From Chiloscyllium plagiosum (lineage: Eukaryota), in assembly GCF_004010195.1 (NCBI RefSeq), contig NC_057751.1, positions 12,195,508 to 12,259,507 on the forward strand: a stretch of 64,000 nt of DNA, read 5' to 3'. Shown here piece after piece: positions 38,455-50,592 of the stretch. A program made the position numbers and the translations under genes. Below the pieces are notes generated by a model. It saw nothing but the letters and a program-made list of their open reading frames with translations, did no database searches and was not told the DNA's origin. The first letter of the stretch is position 1; each line of letters begins with the position of its first letter.

Positions 38455-40791
38455 CTGAATGAAGGAAAGAAGACAAATATGTTAGTTGTCCTAATATCTG
38501 CCCACTGCCCCCTCCCCATCTTCTCACTAATTTTCCTTAAATAAAGACAATGGGAGAAATAACTAAAAAAAGAACTTTGATGTTTGTCACAAATACTTCC
38601 AGATTCTAAAATCTCAGATGATTGGTTTTGATTCCCAGACTGAGGATCAGTGAGAAGTTAAATAGTAATGATTTCAATGTGGTTGAGTCTACAATTTCAA
38701 AAAGGAAACACATCAATGATACTCCTGTCATAGGAATAACCACTCATAAAGGGACTATACAGAGCAGTGACCATACACTGTCCCTCAATCTTCAGTTGGA
38801 GGTGTTTCATAAACCTCACTTCTTAACTTCTGCTAACATTCCTTTTTTCAAGTACTCATGCAAATTCATTTTAATCTGTTTGCTTCAATGGCCACTTGTT
38901 TCAAAACAACGTAATAACACCAAATGTGAAAAGAATCCTTTTCCCAACCCTTTCATTCTTCACTGGATAATTAAGAGTCTGCATCTTTCTGTTTCAATTT
39001 GTTGACCGGGGAAGCAAATGTTTACTATTGTTCAAATGCATGATATTTTTGAAAACCTGTGCCCCACAGACAATGTAAAAGGCCCATCTTTCTAGATTTC
39101 CTTCATATCAGGTGGTTGGAAGGGTAGCAGAATATGTGGGAAGAGAATGGAGCGCTCATTAGAGTGTAGCATAATTGTCTCTTAAGAATGTTGATGAAAT
39201 GAATGAGGAAAATGCAAAGGAAGCACTGACAACTCAGCACCATGTCACAATTCAGCCAATTGTCAGCAAAACTGCAGGACGGAAATGAACAATTTAATTG
39301 AAGCAGCTACAGTACAAAGAACAGGCATGTATGGTACATGGGATTGGTGTTTTCATGTACCATACCACAATACAGCATGGGTTGTTTCCAATGATTCAGG
39401 AACAGTGAGCTCTTGAAGTAGGGCACTTCCCTCCATTGAATGTGGATTTATGAGATTTTGGATCAAGTCTTGCACTCTCCTAATCCTCAGATTTTGGATC
39501 AATATTACCATAAGGAGAAAAATTTTTCACTGAGTGCTGCACTTCCAGAAGACCAGGCTAAAGAAATGTGACAATGGAGGGAGACTTAAATTTTGGATGA
39601 CTTGAAGATTACTTAAACACTGATCTATGCAGCCCATTGCACTTGCACAGATGTGATTAAAAAGGTAGACATGATTTTCTCAGAATGAAGAAGGGAACTG
39701 GAATCAAAGGTGATCCCTTATAGAAAGACATAACCAATGGGCTTAAATATTATTCCACAACATGTCTGTTACAGACTTATGATCTCATTGCAAATTATTG
39801 TTAAAACTTACAACTTCGAACCTTGCACATGAACTTGCTGGAAATGATCATAACGTTCATTCAAGCTCCCCCAAAATCATATGACTCTAATCAGGCAATA
39901 TGACTGGTCTGTCCTTTGTTTCTTAAAACAAATTCTTCTCTACAAGTCTGTCCTTCAGAAACAGCAAGTCCATTAGCATTGCAAATCGCAGGGACTGCTG
40001 GGGCTAAACTCCCCAGAAGAGTCTCTATGAAGGGAGTTGGCCAACAACTAGCTCAACCAACTCTTCAAGTGAGATGTGAATTATGGGTTGGAGGTCCAGA
40101 CTTCTGGTTGTTTCAATGGAACACAGAGTGAAATTTTCTCCCAGGACTTATGTAATTAGCAGATCATTCAAATAGCTATTGAAATGATTGCCACTACATG
40201 GAGGTTCACCATGACATCCCACATAAAGACAACTGACTGCTGCTAACTGTATGTCATACCAAGTACCAATCAAATGTATCCAATTTACAAATTGCTCTAT
40301 TTTTCTTATAACCCAGGGAAGTCGTTGATTTGTCCAGCACCAAACCTCAAAACAAAAAACACAGATGCTGCCCCTTCTTCCAAGATTACGCCCTCCCACA
40401 AGGTGAAACAACCATCTCAAATCTGAATGGACAATGTTTATAAAAGAACAATACAATATTTGGTGAATGCTACCATATTTCGATGGAGTCAATTTACAAG
40501 GAGATACAGGACGAAAGGTGTTGGTTTTTCGGCAATTCCTATTGTCGCTAAGGGAGAGTACTTAAATGGAAATTTGAATGGCACTTTAAAATTCAAATTA
40601 AGAGCCAATGAGGAGGGCTCTTGTGGCACAATGAAGGTGTCCCTAACTCTGAGCCAATAGTTTGGGTTGAAACCTCATGTGCTCCAGGGTAGGTTAACAA
40701 CATCTAGCAATGATTGGGGGGGTGTAAATGTCAAGTGTTAGATTGGGGATGGGGAGGGTCAACCCAAATTGATTTTAACAACAGTTTCAAT

Positions 40792-41550
40792 TGTTACGGC
40801 ACAGCGGTGAACCCTTCTGCTAATTAAACCAAACACCCAAAAAAGCTCATCTCATCTCAATCTGTTAAAGTATGAGTGACAGAGAACTCCCAAATTCCAC
40901 TATCTAAAGAAAAAATCAATTTATTCTTTAGCTCTAAAAATGAACATTAAACAACAATTATTTACAACTCTAAGCATCCTTTCCCTTAAATGTTTGTTAA
41001 CTACCTCCCACACTATAACAATATACTGTCCTGATAAAAACCCGTATTAAAATTACGTCAACTTAATTTCAAAACCCCACAGTAGTCGTTGGCGCAAGTC
41101 TTCCTCTGGCTGTTGGTCTCCCTGGGTTGCCGTTGGTCTTTTGCTGCAAAGATGTTTCACATGAAAAAGGTACCTTGATAGAGAGTATGTTGCTGGCAGT
41201 TATTCTGGCAATGGCAATTGGTCTCTCTGTCTAACTGTCAGAATGTTTGCTTCTTTTTCCCCAGCATCAGATCGTCTCATTGGTTCAATGTTGGCAAAAC
41301 AATAAACTCAAAATTGATTGGTTTTTAATATCTTGGGGCATAATTTAAACTGATTGGTCCACTTTGAATTGTTGTAAAAATAGCAACCAAAACTCAGGTA
41401 TTTGTTTCATAGCCAAATGTTAAATATTTCAATTTTCCAGTACACTCTGAGACCACTAGACAGTCACATGACAGGTGCCTGCAAGCTCTCAGTGCAAAAC
41501 AGCTTTCACATTCTCTTAAAGGTACAATACACGCCTTCACTTTCATAACA
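40792..41550 (-). mobile_element. Probable solo LTR (~760 bp)
   Basis: Bounded by TGTTA...TAACA inverted ends, non-coding, minus-strand AATAAA at ~40920-40925. No convincing TSD. Confidence 0.4.
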
Positions 41551-41644
41551 CTAAGAGGTGGATGAGAATGTCCAGGAGGAGGTTACATGGGTAACCTATT
41601 GCTTGGTTTCCAACTGAGCTGACTATATTGGTGTCCAATTTTAA

Positions 41645-42225
41645 TTTGATTTGATTTATTATTGTCACATGTACCTAGGTACAATGAAAGGTTTTATTTT
41701 GCGTGTGCAGATATAACATACAAAGATCATAGGGTGATTGAACAGAGGGAGGAATACTAAATTACAGCTGCAGACAAGGCATACAAAAAGCAGGATCAAC
41801 ATTAGATTTTAAATTTGAGAGATCCATTCAGAAGTCTAATAACAGAGGGAAAGAAGCTGTTCTTGAACCTGTTCTTGAGTGTTTAAGCTTTTGTGCCTTT
41901 TGTCTGGGAGGGGTTGATGTTGGCTGCTTTTCTGACGGAGCAAGAAATGTAGATAGAGTCTAGAGATGGAAAGTCTGTTTGCTTAAAGACTGGGCTGTGT
42001 TCACAACTCTCTAGTTTCATATGGTCCTGGGCAGAGCACTTGTCATACCAAGCTGTGATGCATCCAGACAGAATGCTTTCTATGATGTATCTCTAAAGAT
42101 TGGTGAAAGTTCTTATGGACATGCCGAATTTCCTTCACCTCCCGAGGAAGAAGAAGTGTTGTTGTGCCTTCTTGACCATCGCATCAACATGGGTGTTCCA
42201 GGATGGATTGTTGGTGATAGAACTC
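41645..42225 (-). mobile_element. Rex1/Babar-type LINE 3' fragment
   Basis: (tttga)n tail followed by tttattattgtcacatgt; homologous to 46005-46450. Confidence 0.6.
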
Positions 42226-43932
42226 TGATGTATTCTTTATTAGTTAGTTCTTGGTCAGTTAGTTCTTGGTCAGTACACCATGGCAGTTATTGCAATCCCA
42301 ATGGGCAAAGGAGAGGGAAAATAGGTGGATACTTCCTCAGTGTGCGGGCTCAGTATATGGGAAGGTCATGCAGCAAGGGATCACAGGACTGCCCAAACCA
42401 TGGAACTACATCCCAGTGTGGATCAGCATTCATCAGGAGCGGAAATTTGCAAACTGTCACTAAAATAAACAGAAAGGGAGTGGATGGGTGAATTTCATAT
42501 CACCTTTTGTCAATTTGAGTTGCTGGTTATTGAAGCTTTACAATTCAGCAGCATAGAAGAGTGTAAGACAAACAGAGAGAGAGAATGCCAGTGACACTAA
42601 ACATTTGTTAAACAGGCAAAATTTCATTCGAGCTGCTTATCACACAGCAGGGGCAGCTGTAGTGTTATGAAGCATATGGTTTTGGTTACAAATCACTTAT
42701 CTATAAAAGATGCAGCAGTCATGGAAATAAAACTGCGGAAATGAACAGGTTTTAGCACAGTAGGATTGCATACAGTTGCAAGAAATTAAACACTACCTGA
42801 AGGATAATTATTCACAGTCAGCTGTAAATTCAAGCGTGGAGATGGAGGAGAGAGCAAATTGCAACTTTTCTCCTTTAAATATGTAGAATTAATATAAAAA
42901 CAAGTGACCATTTTACACGTTGGAAGCATTTTGAGCATGCTCCTCTTCAGGAATTTGGTATTTAACAACATGTAAATGTGTTCCATGTGTTTCTTAAACG
43001 CTTATTTTTCTATGCCACTTGCAAGCCACCGTTATCTTTTACCATAAAATGTGCATAAAGGGACTTGGACCCATCAGCTGCTGTCTATACTTCCTGTTGT
43101 TGTTCTTGATGACAGTGCTGACAAGAGGTGAGACATGCTTCTGCAAGACAGTGAGCTGCATGACTTTCATCACTGCACTGAGCCCCCTCTGTGCCAAAGA
43201 TTTCCACCTCTGTCAAAAATACACTGCTAACATTGGTGAAAGAGTAGCATCGTGCACAAATGAACTCACAGTAATATCTGTGACTGATTGCAACCACAGA
43301 GCCTATAACACTTCTGCTGGGGAAAATGCTTGAATCACAGTGGAGGAATTATTCTTCTTGGATTCTCTGGGCATTAGATTTGTTTATAAAGAGTTTCTGG
43401 TGCATACAGGACACAGACAAATCCTCTCCTGCTAAAAGCCTCCCCCCTCCACTCCAAAATCAGAGGCAACCTATATCAATACATCATCACGTCTGCTCAT
43501 CATTGATTACTGGTCAACAACTTTCACTGAATCAGAACTATAAGGATGGATTGGCGCATCCAGTTTGCGTTATCAAACACTGCTGGTAATGCCTGGCTTC
43601 CAAACGGGCTCAAGATGGTTTGACAGTATGTAAAGGAACAGCTGAAGGACAGATTTCAACGAGAGAATTGAGGCCACAGAATGGCTGGAAATAAATGCTC
43701 AAAGTCTGTGAATTTCGGCAGATAAGGTTATCTTCTAAACAGGAAAGAAAGACCAATGTATTTGGATCAAAGAGCAACATGGCACTCTATGCTACATACC
43801 TCAAATAGCATTAAGGTAGAATAATTCTCTGAACATAGGAACAGGAATAGGTCATTCAGCCCCTGAAGCCTGTTCAGCCATTTAATGAGATCATGGCAGT
43901 TCTGTAGCCTAACTCTGTAGATGTGCCTTTGG

Positions 43933-44154
43933 AGGACGTGAGGATGGCAGATGCTGGAGGTCAGAGTCGAGAGTGTGGTGCTGGAAAAGCACAGCTGGTA
44001 CAGGCAGCATCCGAGGAGCATGAAAATCGATGTTTTAGGCATAAGCCCTGCATCAGGAATCCTGATGAAGGGCTTATGCCCGAAATGTTGACTCTCGTGT
44101 TCCTCGGATGCTGCCTGACCTGCTGTGCTTTTCTAGCACCACACTCTCGAAAAC
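43933..44154. mobile_element. Palindromic ~220-bp family-A PLE-derived mini-element centred on a hammerhead motif
   Basis: Arms are inverted around catcagg-aat-cctgatg (44051-44067). TSD tgcctttgg (43924-43932) / tgtctttgg (44155-44163). Confidence 0.85.
44058..44092 (+). ncRNA. Minimal type I hammerhead ribozyme motif (family A)
   Basis: CUGAUGA A GGGC-UUAU-GCCC GAAA UGUU GAC: intact core boxes and a perfect 4-bp stem II. Confidence 0.65.
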
Positions 44155-44720
44155 TGTCTTTGGCCCAGATTCCTTAACACCTTCACTGAAAATTTTTTTA
44201 TCCAATCCAGATTTAAAAGTAACAAATAATTTAGCAACAATTGCCATTTGTGCAAGTGAGTTCCAACCCTCTACGTCCTTTTGATCTGATTTAGAGAATA
44301 CGTGTTCTCCATCAATGAAGTTGCCTCAGTATGATCAAGCAAAATTAATCAGGATCAACTTCTCCTTAAACAGGAAACTAAATCAGGAAGTAATCTCTTA
44401 AAGGAGGCAAAATAGTTGTTATCATATAAATATTATATTGATTACTCCAGTTGTTGCAGAAACCACTGGTTCTGATAGAGATCAGCCATTGTTGAATGAA
44501 ATGATAGATTGAATACAGAGCAGAATGAACCCCGTTGTTCCTAGGATGAACTATATCTGATGTACAAGGTAACCTAACAGGAGAGGGGTACATGGAAAGG
44601 ATGAAATGTGCACGTGACCTTTCTTTAAACCAAGTAACATCTCCTTTCCTGTATCAGCAGGCAGGATAGTGAAGGGCTACTGGACAACCAATGTGCTCGA
44701 TTACAGATTATACAGGGAAT

Positions 44721-44777
44721 TGCTGATGTCTTCTGTTCATCAGGTGTGCAACACCTGATGAACAGAAGACATCAGCA
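44721..44777. repeat. Perfect 27-bp inverted repeat with 3-nt loop
   Basis: tgctgatgtcttctgttcatcaggtgt-gca-acacctgatgaacagaagacatcagca. Confidence 0.95.
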
Positions 44778-45439
44778 CTCCCTCGTGAGTTACAGAGATC
44801 ATTCTCAATCCTGCTCTCTTCAAAGGTGACTGATCAAAGTCGAGGTGCTGTCAGCGATAGAACAGCTGGTGTCATTATCCTCAGGCTAGGGAGACAAAGC
44901 GTGGAACAGTATTTAACTCTAATCCTTCCGGAAAGTGGACGGCACAGAAGAAGTTTATTTGCCTTGTCCGAATGACAAAGAGCTTTAGGAAAATAATTCA
45001 ATTTGTCCAACACTTTTCTTTCTTCATAGATCTAAGAATAGTTCACTTTTAACGATATATCAAGTTGCCTACAGAAAGATACTATTCCGTTTGCTTTCAC
45101 TTTCAGGCAACTTCATGTCAAAACAACTTAACGCATAATTATTTTCCCTCATATTGGCTCTGCTTATTGTTCCATTAACCTTAAATGTATTCCCATTCGT
45201 TACTGATTTTTCTGTCACTGAAAACAGTTTCTCATTCTTTACCCTTTGTAATTTTTAATCCTTCTTTGAAAACTCCCCTAACCTTCTCTGGTTACAATAT
45301 AAGGCTATAATACATTTCATTTCACCAGCCTTTCCATGTAACTGAAGCCCTCAAATTTGAAGCATTCTAGTAAACTTCCCCTGTACTCTTTCTTCAACCC
45401 TGACAATGTTCCTGAATATTGGAGCTCAGAACTGGATGC

Positions 45440-46560
45440 AAGATAGAACAGAGGAATTTGGGAGTCCTGTGCATGAATTACAAAAAGCTAGCATCATAGT
45501 TCAGCAGATAATGAGGAAGGCAAATGGAATGTAAGCCTTAAAAGGGAATGGAGTAGAAAAGTCAGGAGGTTTTGCTAAAAGTACACAAGATACTAGTCAG
45601 ACCACAGCCGGAATACTGTGAACAGTTTTAGGCCCTTTATCTAAGGAAAGGCATTGGGGACAGTCTGGAGATGGTTCACAAATTGATATCCTGTATGGAG
45701 GGACTGCATTAAAAGGAGAGGTTGAGCAGGTTGGATCTGTACTCATTGGAATTGAAAACAATGAGAGGCAACCTTATTGAAACATACAAGATTCTTTGCG
45801 GACTTGATAGGGTAGATGCAGAGAGGTTGTTTTGCCTTATTGGAGATCTCAGAATTAGCGTTTGCACATTTAAGGGAAAGATGGGGAGGAATTTCTTCTC
45901 TTAGTGGATAATGAAACCATGGAATTCTTTACCACAGAGTGCTGTCAAGGCTGGATCATTAAGTATATTCAAGGCTGAGACTGACAAATTTTTAAACAGT
46001 AAAGATTTGATTTGATTTATTGTAGTCACATGTATCTAAGTACAGTGAAACGTTTTGTTTGTGAGCAGTACAGGCAGTTTATAGTAAGCAAGGACATACA
46101 GATCATAGGGTGCTTAGACAGAATGAGGCGTACAGGTTTCACTGCACAGGAGGAACATGTGGCAGGATCAGCATTATTTGAAATTAGAGAGTTCATTCAT
46201 CAGTCCAATAATGGCAGGGAAAAAGCTATTCTTGGTGCATGTGTTCAAGCTTCTGTATCTTCTGCCTGATGGAAGGAGTTGTAGGAGAACATTACTGGGG
46301 TGTAAGAGGTCTTTGATGATGGCAGCAGCCTTTCCATAGCACCGAGAAGTGCAAATAGAATCCATGGATGGAAGGCTGGCTTCTGCGATGGTCTGAGCTG
46401 TGCACACAACCTTCTGTAGTTTTGATTACAGTGCACACAACCTTCCATAGTGTAGAAAGTGAGGTTTATGGGGAAAAGGCAGCCAAGTGGAGTTGAGGAT
46501 AATCTGATCCAGTTGAATAGTGCAACAGACTGGGTGGATTGAATTGCCTATCTCTGTGGC
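45440..46560 (+). mobile_element. Old CR1 3' fragment interrupted by a Rex1/Babar piece
   Basis: RLDLYSLE..MRGNLIETYKIL (45722..45904); the tail resumes after ~46455. Confidence 0.7.
46005..46450 (-). mobile_element. Rex1/Babar-type LINE 3' fragment
   Basis: HPSNVLLQLLPSGRRYRSL...NSFFP (46174..46407) is a typical Rex1 C-terminus; (caaat)n tail. Confidence 0.75.
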
Positions 46561-47854
46561 TACATTTTAGGGTTTTAATACTCCAGCTACACATGGTCCA
46601 ACTAGGTTGCAAAGATCCTCTTACTCAGCAGACCCACTGGCATTTATCATGTGGTCAGTGAGTGAGCAAAAAGAGACCAAGATCTACATTCCCAGCAAAT
46701 ATCAATGGTTTCAGATGAAAGCAGTGAAATAAACACAGGCAATGTAACAATAACAAATTTAGCAATTGTATATCAAAGCAAAGTCTGATTAAGAAACTTG
46801 AAAATGAGACGTTAAATAGAAAACATGAGAAGGAACTTATTGGAGTGCAATTATGATGGATTCAATTTCATGAATTCCCAAGATGATTTAGGTCTAGTCT
46901 AGCTGATGAGAAATGTGCAGAATACAATAGGTACCTTAGTCCACTACAGTCTACATAAATATTCTACTGACTCATGCACTGAATTCCCAAGTACAATTTC
47001 AATATTTTCATCCTGCAAGTTATTCAGAGCACACCTAAAGTCTGAGTAACATATTTCTTCAAACATGTGTTGTCCCTAACCACAGCAAAATGAATGCTCC
47101 TGTGGTTTTTGCCAAGGAACTAGGATGAGTCAAAATTTTAGAATTGCTTGGAGAATGCAAATAGGACTCAAATCTGCTGAAATTCAGACAAGCTGATTTC
47201 ACCAGTCCTCATTTTTTGCTGCATCTGTTAATATTCCATTTGGATTTTGTTTTACAAATTATCAGATGCAAGTTTACTCAGTGATTTCATTTCAATCATG
47301 TGGAGACCACAGAAAGAGCAACCCTAGCACAGTGGTGGCATTACAGATAGGATGCTTCACCTGGGTTCTGACTCCAGAACCAAGGGATACAATCGCAGGA
47401 TAAGCCGTATGTCATTTGAAAGGCAGACAAGGAGGAATAGCTTCACACCAAGGGTTTTAGAATCTTTGGAATTCTCTCCCATATTGGGCTATGGAAACTC
47501 AATCGGTGAGCTGGTTCAATACAGAAATCGATAGGTTGACTAATAGTTGTTGATTGCCAATACTAAGACTGTGCGTTGAACCACTTCAGAATCCTGATTC
47601 CCTGACCATCTCTTCACTGCCTGAAAAAGGGCTGCCCCACCTTGTGCTCAAGTCAAGAAGTGGACAAGAACTACTCAAGTCAAGAGTCTTCACTTCAAAT
47701 GACCTGTGAGCTCAATTCTAATAGCTAATGTCACAAATAAGTGCTGAATCATCAGAAAAAATTCCCTGTCATTTGTCACAGAAGGCACAGGCACTTAGAC
47801 CTCAGTTTTTTTTGGGGTTTCATTTACTTTGAAAAAGTTAAAAATCACACGACA

Positions 47855-50592
47855 CAGCCCTTCAAACACTTTCTCAATGAGAGATGGAGAAAAAGGGGTG
47901 GCTTATTTATCAATGTCCACAGCATGAACAAAGAAAGAAAAAGAGCAGTGATCTAAATGTTGTATCCTCTATACCCTGCAGCAAGAAGAGAAGGTAGATT
48001 CTACCAGATTATTCCCTGAGCATTTGACAGAATGCCAAAGTTTTTAAACAATCACCAGGCTATGTCTGGTCATCAGAAGAGTAGCAGTCCGAAAGCTTGT
48101 ACTTCCAAATAATGCTGTTGGACTATAACCTGGTGTTGGGTGATTTTTAACTTTGTCCACCCGAGCCCAACACCGTCACCTCCATATCTTCATTTTGAAA
48201 GGACAAGGTAATGTGGGAGACAGGCAAGATCTGCACTTGGAGTAGAATGAGAATTTAATACCTAAAAGAAGACTCAATTTTCAGATCACATCAAAGTGTT
48301 GAGGAGAAGTTACTGCAAAACAGTTTTACACTTTTAATTTGGTCTCAGGATGTGAACAAGCATTCTAAAAGTTATTAAAACCAGCCATACTTGAAGTATA
48401 TACCTCCATTATGAAATATTTGAGAACAACTGGACCAATACACCTAATTAGCCAGATTCACAGGTTTTTCCTTTTGGGTGTTTACTGTCCATTACAGTTG
48501 TAACATGTGAAGGTGGTTTTGGGTGTTTCTCTTGAATCACAAAGAAAGGCTTGTCAGAAATAAGTGGTTCACTGGACCACCTCAGAGAGTCATGAAGAGT
48601 CTTCCAGGTTGGTCAATGCCAGACTGAGTAAGCAAGGCAAGTTTTATTCCTTCAAACGTGCGCATGAATCTAGTTGGATTTTTGCAACAATCTCACAGCT
48701 ACGTGATCGTTTATTCTAATACCAACTCATTTCAAACCAAAATTGTTACTCTCCACACATCCACACTATTATTTGCATTCTCATGTTCCAGATTATTATT
48801 TTGTTGCATTTTTAATCCAATGACAGACCTTTTTTTGGCTACCATAATGAAGTAAAAATTAAAAACTTTACAAGTTGTAAAATAAAATTTAAAAAAAATG
48901 GGTAACCTGAGCCCAACACCGTCACCTCCATATCTTCATTTTGAAAGGACAAGGTAATGTGGGAGACAGGCAAGATCTGCACTTGGAGTAGATCCATCTG
49001 GAGAAAATCTGCGGTATGTTATTAGGGAAGTGCAGAAACAGATGTTTAATGCTTTTATCTAGCTGCGATATTGTAACTCCTTACTTAGCACTCATATTAA
49101 GCTTCCTTGAATACCCAGAATTTGGAGATTCTGTTTATGCAATGCCTGCTTATCTTGTGCAGTTAATGGCTTGTTTTTTAATTAAGTATATGAACAGATG
49201 GGATGAGGCCACCACAGAATTTTCTGTTTTATTGGTGTAAGTTATTAAAGATGAGAGTTTATTTCTTGGTAAGCTTGTTCATGGTTCAATGTTTCTTTTG
49301 ATGGTGAAAGCAAGTTGGAATTTATTCCAAATTGCAATTAAATACAATATTTTTTCTTTCAAAGAGAAAACAAACCAGCAATAAATATGGACCTTCCCAT
49401 TGTGTTACATCCAAGATGCACAGCTTGGAATAGCTTGCGCCACTCCTGGCTTCATATAACTCATGACCAGCTTTTGTCCCACATATCATGAAAAATTAAA
49501 CTGTCTTCTGCTGTTTACCCATCAAAAGTGGAAGTAAATGCTCTTCGTCACTATGGTCAGATGTAGAGGCTTTCATCAGATGTAAGTTAATGAAATGTCC
49601 TGTGATTTTCACACCACTTCCACTTTAACCATGCTGAATGCTTAGAATTTCACATGCCCATAAAATGGATAAAAAGTTAATCCCAAATGCACCAAGTCCC
49701 AGAGTATGTGGATTATAACCCCCTGGTCTTATATCAATAACTTAACAATGAAATGTATGCTGATTTCTGTTTGCAAATGTACACTTGAAACACAACATAT
49801 ACTTCATTACACCGTATGACCAAAGTTGACACTACCAAAGGTGCATGTCACATTGTTTTTTTACCAACAGCCTGTATATTTCTCACTACGTCTACCATGA
49901 TGATTAATATTGATTGGATGCAAGGTGCAGCAAACACATTGCTGTACTATGGCTGAAAGACTGAGATATGGGCCTTTCCCTTCTGCTTTCTTGCTGTACT
50001 ACACTTTACTGTGTGCCTCACTGTGGTCCTGAATGTTATAATGAACCAGTTGCAACACTCAATCATGGACTGCTCTTCACAAGGAAACACCAACAGGTTT
50101 CAAGCAGTTTAAACAGCATCTTTCACTACGCTGTTAGTCCTCCAGCTGCATGTGGTGTTTATGTTGGTTTTCCAGGGTCGCACATATCCTGATAGCAGAG
50201 TCCTAAGAAGTTGCTCAGAAAGAACCTTGACAACAAACATCACCTTTCTTTCCAGAATCTTCTTTGCAAAGACACACTTCAGATGGTGGGAGACAATGAG
50301 CATCCTTGACAGAAAACTGAATTGAGTGAGGCCCGAGGCATACAGACAAGATGTAGCAGCAAAGGCTCTTCTGATGACCAACCGTAGCCTGGTGATTGTT
50401 TAAAAACTTTTGGCGTTCTGTCAAATGCTCAGGGAATAATCTGATAGAACCTACCATCTCCTTTTGCTCCAGGGTCTGGAGGATACAACATGTAGATCAC
50501 TGATCTTCTTCTTTCTTTATTCATGCCATGGATATCAATAACTAAGCCACTCTTTACTGTCCATCTCTCATAGAGAAAGTGGTTGCAAGCTG
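47855..50592. repeat. ~225-bp dispersed inverted repeat (47855-48081 vs 50365-50592)
   Basis: For example gattattccctgagcatttgacagaatgccaaagtttttaaacaatcaccaggcta versus tagcctggtgattgtttaaaaacttttggcgttctgtcaaatgctcagggaataatc. Confidence 0.9.
48163..48992. repeat. 84-bp exact direct repeat (48163-48246 and 48909-48992)
   Basis: gagcccaacaccgtcacc...gcacttggagtaga is present twice with no mismatch seen. Confidence 0.92.

Noticed and set aside
50370..50400. ctgatga followed by a weak hairpin
   Set aside because: No GAAA box at the required position.
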